DNA of 32,000 nt from Trichodesmium erythraeum IMS101. GTDB taxonomy: Bacteria > Cyanobacteriota > Cyanobacteriia > Cyanobacteriales > Microcoleaceae. The notes under the pieces were generated by a model. It was not told where the DNA came from, made no database searches, and was given only the letters and a program-made list of their open reading frames with translations. The DNA lies in contig NC_008312.1 of assembly GCF_000014265.1 (NCBI RefSeq), forward strand, positions 6,150,001 through 6,182,000, read 5' to 3'. The position numbers and the translations under genes were made by a program. Every line of letters begins with the position of its first letter. The stretch's first letter is position 1. Shown here piece by piece: positions 20,467 to 29,660 of the stretch.

Positions 20467-23400
20467 TCATGGGATAACTTTTTTTCCCTGTAAAAAATAA
20501 GTTTTCATGTATCCCTTACCTTTAATATGAATAAGTCCCCGTTCTGTAAACAAAAATTTGTGTTTTAATATCTGATAAGTTGCCTCTGTGACTTGAATAA
20601 CTCCTGGTATACCTTGAGATTCCATACGACTAGCAATATTTACAGTATCACCCCATAGATCATATATAAATTTTTTACGTCCGATAACACCAGCCACGAC
20701 TGGACCAGTATTAATACCAATACGGATTAGAAAATCTTGTTTACTTTTATGAGCAAAATGGGCTAATTCTTCCCGCATATCTATAGCTATGAGAGCGATC
20801 GCCTCAGCATGATTTTCCATTGGTGTAGGCAACCCACCCACAACCATATAAGCATCCCCAATAGTCTTAATTTTTTCCAAACCATACTTTTCTGCTAATA
20901 AATCAAACTTCGAAAAAATCTCATTTAACCAATAAACTAATCTCTTTGGATAAACAGAACTTGCTAACTGAGTAAACCCAACTAAATCTGCAAATAAAAC
21001 TGTAACTTCGTCAAATCCTTCTGCGATTATATCTTGATTTTCTTTCAATTTATCAGCAATAGGTTTAGGGAGAATATTTAGTAATAATTTCTCTGACTTT
21101 CCCTGTTCTAAAAGTAAAGCTTGTTCTACTTTTTTTCTTTCAGTTATATCACGACAAAGAGCTAAAACTAAATTACCATTGCCTGCTTTTAAGAGGCCGA
21201 GACGTACCTCTACTGGAAAAGTTGTCCCATCTTTACGTTTATGAGTTCCTTGTAAAGTTATAGGTATACCAGGAATGAGTTTTTGCCACTTTTGATAAAG
21301 ATATTCTAAGACAAAATTTATCTCAATATCTTCTATAAAAAGATGCAATAATTCTTCGTAAGTATATCCTAAAGTTTGACAGGTACTTTGATTGACATCA
21401 ACAATTTTTCCTTGCAAATCATGAATAATAAAAGCATCTGCAGCTTGTTCCATAACAGCTCTAAATTTTTCCTCGCTTTCTCGTAAAGCTTTTTCTGCTA
21501 GTTTCCGCTCAGTAATATCTCTAATGGCGCTTACTCTATGTTGATAACTACAATAAAAGAATGTTTTAGCTTGTATTTCTATAGGAAAGGTAGAGTTATC
21601 TTTTCTAATTCCAACTACTTCATAGGGTTTTTCATATCCAGAACTCATATTTTTCCATACTAAATTTTTATATTTGGAGTCAATTAACTCTAACCCGTTC
21701 ATGCCAATTATTTCTGATAATTCATACTTAAACATTTGAAGAGCTGCTGTGTTTGCATCTACAATTTTTCCTTGTTCATAAATAATAATCCCCTCAAAAG
21801 TTGCTGTAGATAAACTCCGAAATCTTTGTTCATTTTCTTTGAGTTTTGCCTCTGATTCTTTCCTTTCAGAAATATCTCTAAAAGTGCCAGTATAGAAATT
21901 TTTTTGATTTAATTTAGCTTCCCTAACAGCAATTTCTATAGGAAATAAAGAACCATCTTTACGAATACCAACTAACTCGTAAAGATTTCCAGTTTCAGCA
22001 ATTAACGATATCAGTCTTTCTATGTAATATTTTTTTTGAGTAATTTTTTTTTCAGTCTCTAACTCTATTTGAGTATCTGCTGAATTTTTATCGAATAAAT
22101 GAATAAAATTCGGAAAATAAGATTGTAAATTTTCAGGTTTAATATCCTGAAAATTAAATGTATAATAAGCATTGATAATTTCTCTAGTGGGAAAGGAGAT
22201 AAAACTTGGGTTAACCCATAACTTTAATGCTTCTACTGTTGACTTTTTTCCTTCGGTGATTAAATCATTACTATCTATTTTTTCCCTCATTAATGGATTA
22301 ATAGTAAAATCAAGTATTTCATAAATAGGCATTCCCACTAAATCTTGAGGTTTGTAGGAAAAAATTTTCTCGGCACTAGGATTTACACTAATAATTTCTA
22401 GTTCTGATTTATTAAAAGTAATAATTGCATCTGTAGCGAGTTTAATAATGGCATCATTTCTGGTAGTAACTTCCTCTAAAGTATCCATAACATGATTATA
22501 TCTTTCAGCAATTTGACCAACTAAAGTGAAAGGTTCTACAGGCACTCTTAAAGTTAAATCTTGGGTACTAGCTTGAGAACTCATAATTTCAAATAAATCT
22601 AATATTTCCGTTTTTGCATGGTGTTCAGAAATATTTAAACCGATATGTTCATCTTCTGTAGAAACTCGCAATAAAAAAAACTTATTTGTAATTAATAAAA
22701 TTGGGTATACAACAAAAAAACCTAATAGGAAAGCTGTACAAACTCCTAATAATTGAACTGTTAATTGTTCACTTAAGCTAAGACCAGTACCTAATATTTC
22801 TGGTTTTCCAAATAAAGCTACTGCTAAAGTTCCCCAAATACCTGCACCGAGATGAACTGGAATAGCTCCGACAGCATCATCCACACGAATTTTCTCTAAA
22901 ATTTGCTCTACTAAAATAGTGACTATGCCACCAATAAAACCAATAATTACAGCAGAAAGAGTTGTAACTGCATGACAACTTGCTGTAATGGCAACTAGGC
23001 CTCCTAAAGTTCCATTAATGATTAAGTCAACACCAGGAATACCTCTAATAGACCAACCAATGCTAAGACCAGTTATCATTCCTGCTACACTGGAAAAGAT
23101 TGTATTAACTATAATGCCTGGTACTTGTTCATTTAATGCTAGGGTACTTCCACCATTAAACCCAAACCAACCAAACCAAATTAGCATTACTCCTAAAATT
23201 GATAGGGGTAAGTTGGAACCATGAATTTTTTCTGGTGGGCGATCGCGAGGAAATCTACCAGTACGAGGCCCAATGACCAATAAAGTTGCTAAAGAAACCC
23301 AGCCACCAATACTATGAACAACGGTTGAACCTGCAAAGTCAATAAAACCACGTTGTCCCAGCCAACCTCTTAATACACCTGTATCAATTCCATTCCAGGC

Positions 23401-24096
23401 CCAATGACCAAATATAGGATAAATAAAACCTGAAACTAGGAAAGCAACGAATAGATAGGTACCAAATTTCATCCGTTCGGCTACGGCACCTGAAACAATA
23501 GTTGTAGCTGTGCCACAGAACATAACCTGGAATAAAAAGAAGGCCGCATCAAGGGGTTGCACATTAGTTGCGAAGAAGAAATTGCTATGGCCAATTATTC
23601 CAGAAGCAGAAGTCCCAAACATAAAAGCAAAGCCAATACTCCAAAAGCAAAAAACTGAAATACCAAAATCTGTTAAGTTTTTAAAGGCAACGTTAATGTT
23701 ATTTTTTGATCGGGTAAGTCCAGATTCTAAACACATAAATCCAGGCTGCATTAAAAATACTAATCCAGAGGAAATCAAAAGCCATAAAATATCAGTTACT
23801 TTGTATGTAGAATGAGGTTTTGACGTTGATAGATTTTTATATACAGGTAAGTCTTTTTTATTAATAACAGTTTGAAGATGATCAAACTTTTGGGGTTTGA
23901 TAAAATCTTCTTCTGAAGATTGATAGAAGTTATATTGTTCTTTTTCTAACTCAGAAGTTTGCCATGTTTTAACTTCTTTTATTTGATTTGATAGTTGGTA
24001 ATCATTTGTGTTTTTACTGATTACTGACCCATGTAAAATAGTTAATGTCAAGGTCAGTAAGAATAAAATAAATCCTAAAATACATTTTCGACCCAT
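20467..24096 (-). CDS. Ammonium transporter (Amt) domain fused to three PAS/PAC modules and a class III adenylate cyclase
   Basis: 1209 aa. The Amt domain spans about aa 95-475 (DFAGSTVVHSIGGW and AIPVHLGAGIWGTL, twin His retained). Three PAC-type endings are present (FRDISERK, IRDITERK, CRDITERK). The cyclase domain spans about aa 1010-1200 (VTVLFADLVGFT, KIKTIGDAYMVVGG, IRIGINTGPVVAGVIG, IYDLWGDTVNIASRMES). Confidence 0.9.
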   Translation of the reverse strand: MGRKCILGFILFLLTLTLTILHGSVISKNTNDYQLSNQIKEVKTWQTSELEKEQYNFYQSSEEDFIKPQKFDHLQTVINKKDLPVYKNLSTSKPHSTYKVTDILWLLISSGLVFLMQPGFMCLESGLTRSKNNINVAFKNLTDFGISVFCFWSIGFAFMFGTSASGIIGHSNFFFATNVQPLDAAFFLFQVMFCGTATTIVSGAVAERMKFGTYLFVAFLVSGFIYPIFGHWAWNGIDTGVLRGWLGQRGFIDFAGSTVVHSIGGWVSLATLLVIGPRTGRFPRDRPPEKIHGSNLPLSILGVMLIWFGWFGFNGGSTLALNEQVPGIIVNTIFSSVAGMITGLSIGWSIRGIPGVDLIINGTLGGLVAITASCHAVTTLSAVIIGFIGGIVTILVEQILEKIRVDDAVGAIPVHLGAGIWGTLAVALFGKPEILGTGLSLSEQLTVQLLGVCTAFLLGFFVVYPILLITNKFFLLRVSTEDEHIGLNISEHHAKTEILDLFEIMSSQASTQDLTLRVPVEPFTLVGQIAERYNHVMDTLEEVTTRNDAIIKLATDAIITFNKSELEIISVNPSAEKIFSYKPQDLVGMPIYEILDFTINPLMREKIDSNDLITEGKKSTVEALKLWVNPSFISFPTREIINAYYTFNFQDIKPENLQSYFPNFIHLFDKNSADTQIELETEKKITQKKYYIERLISLIAETGNLYELVGIRKDGSLFPIEIAVREAKLNQKNFYTGTFRDISERKESEAKLKENEQRFRSLSTATFEGIIIYEQGKIVDANTAALQMFKYELSEIIGMNGLELIDSKYKNLVWKNMSSGYEKPYEVVGIRKDNSTFPIEIQAKTFFYCSYQHRVSAIRDITERKLAEKALRESEEKFRAVMEQAADAFIIHDLQGKIVDVNQSTCQTLGYTYEELLHLFIEDIEINFVLEYLYQKWQKLIPGIPITLQGTHKRKDGTTFPVEVRLGLLKAGNGNLVLALCRDITERKKVEQALLLEQGKSEKLLLNILPKPIADKLKENQDIIAEGFDEVTVLFADLVGFTQLASSVYPKRLVYWLNEIFSKFDLLAEKYGLEKIKTIGDAYMVVGGLPTPMENHAEAIALIAIDMREELAHFAHKSKQDFLIRIGINTGPVVAGVIGRKKFIYDLWGDTVNIASRMESQGIPGVIQVTEATYQILKHKFLFTERGLIHIKGKGYMKTYFLQGKKVIP

Positions 24097-24300
24097 GGAT
24101 TTTGGTCTTATACCTTAATTTAGTGACTTTTGTACTAATTATTTAGCCATTAGTTATTAGCTATTAGTTTATAATATAAGTATAAGTAAAAATAAAGTAT
24201 TGAGAATTAGGATTGAGAGACATCTAAAAAATTCAAATTAGAAGATCAAACAATAAAAAAACTTGAACTTATATAATTCCGAAAAACCCTATTATTCAAG

Positions 24301-24885
24301 TCAATACAGAGGATAATTTTTAACTTTATTCAAAAGTAACTGAAAAATTGGGTTGAAAGCTTCCCTCGCTCATGGGACAGTTTTTTAGGGTTTTTTTTGA
24401 AGACATCTGTTGTAATTAGATATTGTTAATCCCACGCCGGGAGGTAGTCCGAGACAAAAATCGGGTGCATACCCCAAGGGTAAACCAGGTAACTGAAACC
24501 TTTAGTTCTGGGATCAGTTTTAGTTAGTTCTGGCTGATTAATTCTCAAAGCATTGACACAAATAATGCTCACAGCCAAATTTTGCACGAGCACAAAAAGC
24601 TCTAGAAGTTAAGTTCTAGTGCATGAATAGGATTTTGGGCATACCGGCAGCATAAAAATCAGGGGACAATTCTTGCTACTACTTTCCTGGTAACCAAGCC
24701 ATTTATCTGTGCTGACCTGCTGAAACTGACCTGCAATAACCTTCACCCTATTAGACAATAGATGTGCTAACCTTGGTTAAGGCAAAGTTTTGGGTCAGCA
24801 ACACCTCTACTAATTCTTGGGCTTAAGATCACAAAAACCCCCCCACGGCTAATAGCCGGAGAGGATATTAATTGGCTGATATTTA
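24301..24885 (-). pseudogene. IS630/Tc1-mariner-family transposase relic (catalytic half only)
   Basis: Minus-strand fragments lie in shifting frames with stops. They are NILSGY (DESG-like position), VKVIAGQFQQVSTDKWLGYQESSSKNCPLIFM (cf. ..vIa......F..WL......kn.vlimDNA), LPGLPLGYAPDFCLG (cf. LPPYSPDLNPIE) and AREAFNPI. The region is about 50% GC in an otherwise AT-rich gap. The N-terminal HTH half is absent. Confidence 0.45.
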
Positions 24886-25035
24886 AAGAATTAAAAATTT
24901 CTACAAATCAATCTATCAGCAATGTTTAGATTCGCTAATTGCTGTTGACAAAGTTGACATGTTTTTGCTTAAATTATATTCTAGTTAAATATAAATTCTC
25001 AGACAGTATAAACTTTAACTTAGTTAAATTTGCTG

Positions 25036-25836
25036 TTACTTCTGATTGAAAGCTTTCCAAGTTTTTTGATCAACTATCCCATCAGCTTTAATTCCTTTAG
25101 ATTTTTGAAATTCTTTCACTGCTCCCGTAGTTTTGCTACCAAATATTCCATCAATTGGACCAGGATTAAACCCCATTGTTCCTAGACCAATTTGTAAGGT
25201 TTTGACTTTGGAGCCTCTGTCTCCTTTGGCTAATATCTTCTCTACTTTGACTACTTGTTTTTGCTTTAGGGTTGGTATTTTTGCTATTTGAATAGGTGGA
25301 CGAGAAGAAAATGAGGGTTTAGCTAGGGAGGTCCAGGTAAGTTCATCAACTATACCTGTGACAGTTAAACCCACAGACTCTTGAAAAGCTTTTACTGCTT
25401 TTGTGGTACGAGCACCAAATATACTATCTACAGCACCAGGGTTAAAACCTCTAGCTTGCAAACGTCTCTGTACTGCCCAGACTTCTGCACCTCGCGAACC
25501 CTGTGATATTTTCTTTTGATTTTCTCGTTTTTGGGGAGAGCCCGAATAATAAGGTTTAGAGAATAGTTCAGGTTGAGCAGGTTTAGTAAAAAACCTAGAA
25601 TTTCTTGGAGTAAAAGGTATCAGAAAACTTTTATTTTTCTGTTTTTGTTCCTGCTTACTTTTGATTTTATCTGGTTGACTAAAGATAGAATTATCGGAGT
25701 TTAATTGGGGTGTTAAGCTTTCTTCTTTTTCTGCTGTCACAGATTCTGTTTTATCAGACGCAATTGCCCTGTTGGAAGTCAAGCTAAACAGCGTAACTAA
25801 ACTTAATAGAGTAGTAATAGTAGGTAAGCGCATCAT
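25036..25836 (-). CDS. Secreted protein with two peptidoglycan-binding (PG_binding_1) domains
   Basis: The signal-peptide-like MMRLPTITTLLSLVTLFSLTSNRAIA suggests a start at 25836 rather than the ORF-track 25905. Two repeats match the PG_binding_1 pattern: GSRGAEVWAVQRRLQARGFNPGAVDSIFGARTTKAVKAFQ and GDRGSKVKTLQIGLGTMGFNPGPIDGIFGSKTTGAVKEFQ. Confidence 0.85.
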   Translation of the reverse strand: MMRLPTITTLLSLVTLFSLTSNRAIASDKTESVTAEKEESLTPQLNSDNSIFSQPDKIKSKQEQKQKNKSFLIPFTPRNSRFFTKPAQPELFSKPYYSGSPQKRENQKKISQGSRGAEVWAVQRRLQARGFNPGAVDSIFGARTTKAVKAFQESVGLTVTGIVDELTWTSLAKPSFSSRPPIQIAKIPTLKQKQVVKVEKILAKGDRGSKVKTLQIGLGTMGFNPGPIDGIFGSKTTGAVKEFQKSKGIKADGIVDQKTWKAFNQK

Positions 25837-26749
25837 AATAATTTTCTGGTGATGATTATTTTGTTTAGGGAAATAGCTATGAATATTGGCTAACTTTTTC
25901 CACAAGATAGAAGAAGTAATAGTATATTTTTGATGATAAAAATTAAATTATTTATTCACTATTTGGTTTTGTCTACAAATCTTGGAGTTAGATATCCTAA
26001 TCTATTGATAGATTAATAAACTGATTAATTGTAGATATTAATTGTGAAACCTATCATTATGTTCTGTCTATTAACTATTGCTTTGAAATAACTTCCCTGT
26101 TCCTGATATTCGCAATTAATATTACAGGTGTAACTGGTGAAGACTAAAAACTCTATATAGCTATATAGTTAATTTTATCATTTTCCAGAAATAATGAAAC
26201 TATTTATGTCAGCATTGAACTATTTAGAAGCAAGGAATAAGAAGGAAGAAAAACAATACTGAAGTTGAAGTAAATATTAAAAAAAAGGGGAAAACGATAG
26301 AGATAATAGCTGTAAACAATTAATGGGAGGGAATCTTTTTCAGTATTTATAATTGAGATAGACTTTTTTGTAGCATTCTTGCTTCAAGGTGGTATAGCAA
26401 TTGAAACAAAGGGTGAAGACATTTCTCAATCATTATCAAAGTCAGTGATGGATTATTTTTGACTTTGGTCTTTTGAACTTTTACCTTACTGGGTAACCCT
26501 GATATTAACTATTTTAAACTACTTGATTTAATCTGATGATCCGGAGCATTTTGAGAAAAATTTAATATATATACTAATATATATTAATATATTAGCTAAC
26601 TTGATTTGCTGGCTTCAAAGTAGATTTTATGCTAAGATAAATTAGTAATAGTGAATTTTTGCTAGTTTTGCATTAATTTAGTACAGGTACTTAAGCTTGC
26701 AAAAATTTTAATTGAAGCTTTAATTACCTGTTTTAATGATAACTTTTCT

Positions 26750-28288
26750 TTAAGCAGATATTGGAACTTTCATATGATACATATTGCTATATTTATCTTG
26801 AATGTAATCAATAAATGGATCAATACTTAAAGGTTTACCTGTGATGCGATAAATTAATTCATTAGCAGTGTATTTGCGGCCATGTTGATGAATATTTTGT
26901 TTCAACCATTGGCGTAAAAGATCAAAATTACCTTGTTCAATACCAACAGGAATTTCTGGATTATATTTAATTGCTGCTTGATAAATTTGAGCAGCTATTA
27001 AGTTGCCTAGAGTATAACCTTGAAACATTCCGCCAATCATTTCACCATACCAATGTACATCTTGCATTACTCCTTCACTATTATTGGCAGGAACAAGACC
27101 TAAATCTTTTTTATAAAGTTCATTCCAAGCTTCAGGAAGGTCTTTAACAGCTAACTTTCCTTCCAACATAGCTAACTCTAAATCAAACCTAATCATAATA
27201 TGAAGATTGTATGTAACTTCATCAGCATCAGTACGGATAGCTGATTTTGCAACTCTATTAATAGCCTGATAAAATTTGGAAACAGAGGTAGAGCTAAGTT
27301 GTTTTAGAAAAGTCCCTTGTAGCTGAGGATAAAAACATTCCCAAAACCCACGACTACGAGCTACTATATTCTCCCACAATCTAGATTGGCTTTCATGGAT
27401 ACCACTAGAAATTCCTCCGGCAAGGAGTGTACCTTCTAATTCTGTACCGATACCTTGTTCATAAAGAGCATGGCCGGCTTCATGGATGGTACTAAATAGG
27501 CCTTCGCTAAAGTTATTTTCGTAGATACGGGTGGTAATACGAACATCTCCAATAGAAAAGCTGGAGGTAAAGGGGTGAGGTGTTACATCAAGTCTGCCCC
27601 GTTGAAAGTCGAAGCCAATACGTTTGATCACAATATACCCAAAGTTTAGTTGTTGTTCTCTTGAATAATATTGATGGAGACAAGAGTCGTCTATGGGTGG
27701 GGTGTCGGTGATGGCTTCAACAATGGGTCGTAATTTTTGGCGCAGTTTGCTAAATAGAGGACGAAGAATGGAAACTGTCATGCCTTCGTCTACAAGGTCG
27801 ATCAGTGGATCGGCAATATGTTTGTAGGGGAAAAAGCTGGCTAGTTCCTGACTTAGTTCTAATGTTTTTTCTAGGTAGGGTTGTACTATGGAGAAGTCTT
27901 TGAGGAACTTTGCTTTTACCCATGTTTCGTAGGAGATAGCTTGATGTTGGCAGAATTTTGCCATAAATTTTGAGGGAATTCGGACAGCACGCTCATAGTC
28001 TCGACGAGCAACGCGGATCAGGCTAGCTTCGGTAGAGTCGTAAGGAGAGCTTTGTTCGTAGGAACGGAGGTCTTCGAGTAGCTGACCCATGGTTGGGTCG
28101 GTAAGTTTTTCATGGGCAAGTTCTTTAAGGGTAGCTATTTGTTGGCCTCTGGCATAACTTCCTCCATTTGGCATATAAGTTGTTTGGTCCCAATTTAGGA
28201 TGGAGGCTGCATTTTCTAAGTTTTGTATTTTTCGAAGATGGTTTTTGAGTTCTTGGTATTTTGCTGGAAAAAGACTAATGTTTGACAT
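26750..28288 (-). CDS. Carboxypeptidase Taq-type (M32) metallopeptidase
   Basis: 512 aa with HEXXH zinc motif HEAGHALYEQG, plus GIHESQSRLWEN and DEVTYNLHIMIRFDLE, all typical of the M32 family. Confidence 0.9.
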   Translation of the reverse strand: MSNISLFPAKYQELKNHLRKIQNLENAASILNWDQTTYMPNGGSYARGQQIATLKELAHEKLTDPTMGQLLEDLRSYEQSSPYDSTEASLIRVARRDYERAVRIPSKFMAKFCQHQAISYETWVKAKFLKDFSIVQPYLEKTLELSQELASFFPYKHIADPLIDLVDEGMTVSILRPLFSKLRQKLRPIVEAITDTPPIDDSCLHQYYSREQQLNFGYIVIKRIGFDFQRGRLDVTPHPFTSSFSIGDVRITTRIYENNFSEGLFSTIHEAGHALYEQGIGTELEGTLLAGGISSGIHESQSRLWENIVARSRGFWECFYPQLQGTFLKQLSSTSVSKFYQAINRVAKSAIRTDADEVTYNLHIMIRFDLELAMLEGKLAVKDLPEAWNELYKKDLGLVPANNSEGVMQDVHWYGEMIGGMFQGYTLGNLIAAQIYQAAIKYNPEIPVGIEQGNFDLLRQWLKQNIHQHGRKYTANELIYRITGKPLSIDPFIDYIQDKYSNMYHMKVPISA

Positions 28289-28416
28289 AATTATGAAGTA
28301 ATGTTATGGATTAAAATTTTATTTCATGTTTTGCTTATTAGGAGGGGTTAGAGGATATAATTTTTAGTATTAATTAATATTCCTAGCAATTGATGGTGAT
28401 AAAGATTTATATATCT

Positions 28417-28590
28417 GGAGAGTACAAAGTTATCCTAATAAAATATTGCCTTTAAAGGCTAAGGCTAAAAGTATTATAGGAATTTGCTTACAGTGTTTAT
28501 AGTTGTTTTGAGAAAGTTTCTAGCTTTAAGATAGCTGTAAGCCTTGGCTAGCAAAGTTATTCCTAGGAATTTCCACTATCTAGTTAATAT
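28417..28590 (+). repeat. Dispersed ~170-nt repeat, copy B
   Basis: It matches 13141-13310 in the same orientation. It carries an extra AAGGCT duplication after the GCCTTTAAAGGC palindrome and starts about 130 bp upstream of the M32 carboxypeptidase start codon, on the opposite strand. Confidence 0.75.
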
Positions 28591-29196
28591 ATATGGTAGT
28601 GGAGAAATTATAGATACTTTTTATTAAAGCATAGTCATTATATGATTTGACTGTCTAAAATATGACCGCTTATGGGAATAGGTAGTGGTCAATACTTAAT
28701 ATTTTTGGAGTTGATTTTTTGTTCTTTAGTTTTTATAAAAATTAAGTAAATTACTATAGTTTACAACGAGGGTGGAAAATAATTAAGTTATATGAGATGA
28801 AACTGGAATTTAAACTGAATAATAAAGAGGTTTCTTTTGTGGCACTTGGAGATATAGGGCTACGGGTAAGTTAAAGTGCTACCCCTTTACTTTCTGAAAG
28901 GGGTTTGTTACAGCGCTTTCTGTTGTTTGGTGGTACAGCTAAGGGATAAGATGCCGGCACTGCATGATTTTCACTAAATGTCTGTACGTCACTTACCGGA
29001 AGTCTAGTGTAAAAGCTAAAAATAACTTCTGAGTGAGTTTTTTCTACGGAAATGCTCTGCAAACAATTATTAATTATGTCTATGTCCTAAATGCCTTGGT
29101 TAAGCGCGGACTTTATCCTGCTAGTTCTACTTAAATATAGGCCACTTGACTTTTGTGATTTTATAGAATACTTTTGGGCTCTATTTAAAAATAAAT

Positions 29197-29268
29197 GGGG
29201 GAAATAGGGGGGGATACCGGAGATAGGAGGTAAGGGTTAGGGCTCTAGGGCTTTGGGGCTTTAGGGCT
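29197..29268 (+). repeat. G-run tract with degenerate TAGGGCT-type short repeats
   Basis: The sequence is GGGGGAAATAGGGGGGGATACCGGAGATAGGAGGTAAGGGTTAGGGCTCTAGGGCTTTGGGGCTTTAGGGCTG, with seven runs of three or more G within 72 nt. Confidence 0.85.
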
Positions 29269-29413
29269 GTGTTGGAATATTTTTCTATCTATAGCTTTTA
29301 TTATTCAGCTATCAGCTCAAGCCAAGTTTAATAGATTCTTTACTAATTAATATTGATGGTTTGTAACTGAGTTTGTTTTTGTCAGTTAGAGTTCTAGGAG
29401 TTTGAAGCTATAG

Positions 29414-29660
29414 TCTGAGAATGTTCTAATAATTTTTCTGCATCTGCTAATAGTTTATCACCCCAAAGTTATTTTTGAAAATACTACAAGTTTTCTCAAT
29501 TTTTATCTAATTAATTTTAACACATCTGCGGTTCTTGCTAAATTTTTTAGATTTTTACTTTTGTTATGGAGAGCAATTTCTATTGCTAGTTGAGGTTTCA
29601 CGAATTGTTGCAAATGCAAATTGTTTATGAATTTTAATTGCGACTTGCAAGTTTTCTGTA
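29414..29660 (-). pseudogene. Decayed paralogous copy of the 3' (C-terminal, non-repeat) part of the TPR gene
   Basis: It aligns colinearly with 30681-30910. For example, tctgagaatgttctaataatttttctgcatctgctaatagtttatcaccccaaagtt aligns with tctgaggattttctaataatttggctgcatctgctattagtttatccccccaaagtt. Identity falls further on, and no ORF is retained. Confidence 0.55.

Noticed and set aside
24421-24480. GGGAGGTAGTCCGAGAC loosely resembles the RNase P RNA P4 region (GAGGAAAGTCCGGGC), which suggested an rnpB gene.
   Set aside because: The other universally conserved RNase P segments are absent, and the region is better explained as an IS630-like transposase relic.
26560-26600. AT-only palindromic stretch (TTAATATATATACTAATATATATTAATATATTAG) between the carboxypeptidase and peptidoglycan-binding genes.
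   Set aside because: Low-complexity AT repeats like this are expected in an AT-rich intergenic region. It has no defined repeat unit and no partner site.
28860-29000. Nested hairpins suggest a ~135-nt structured RNA: GGTAAGT 28865-28871 pairs with ACTTACC 28991-28997, ACCCCTTT/AAAGGGGT lies at 28881-28904, and GTACAG/CTGTAC also pair.
   Set aside because: The stems are short (6-8 bp) and individually expected by chance. There is no second copy, no covariation and no known motif. It is worth only an Rfam scan.
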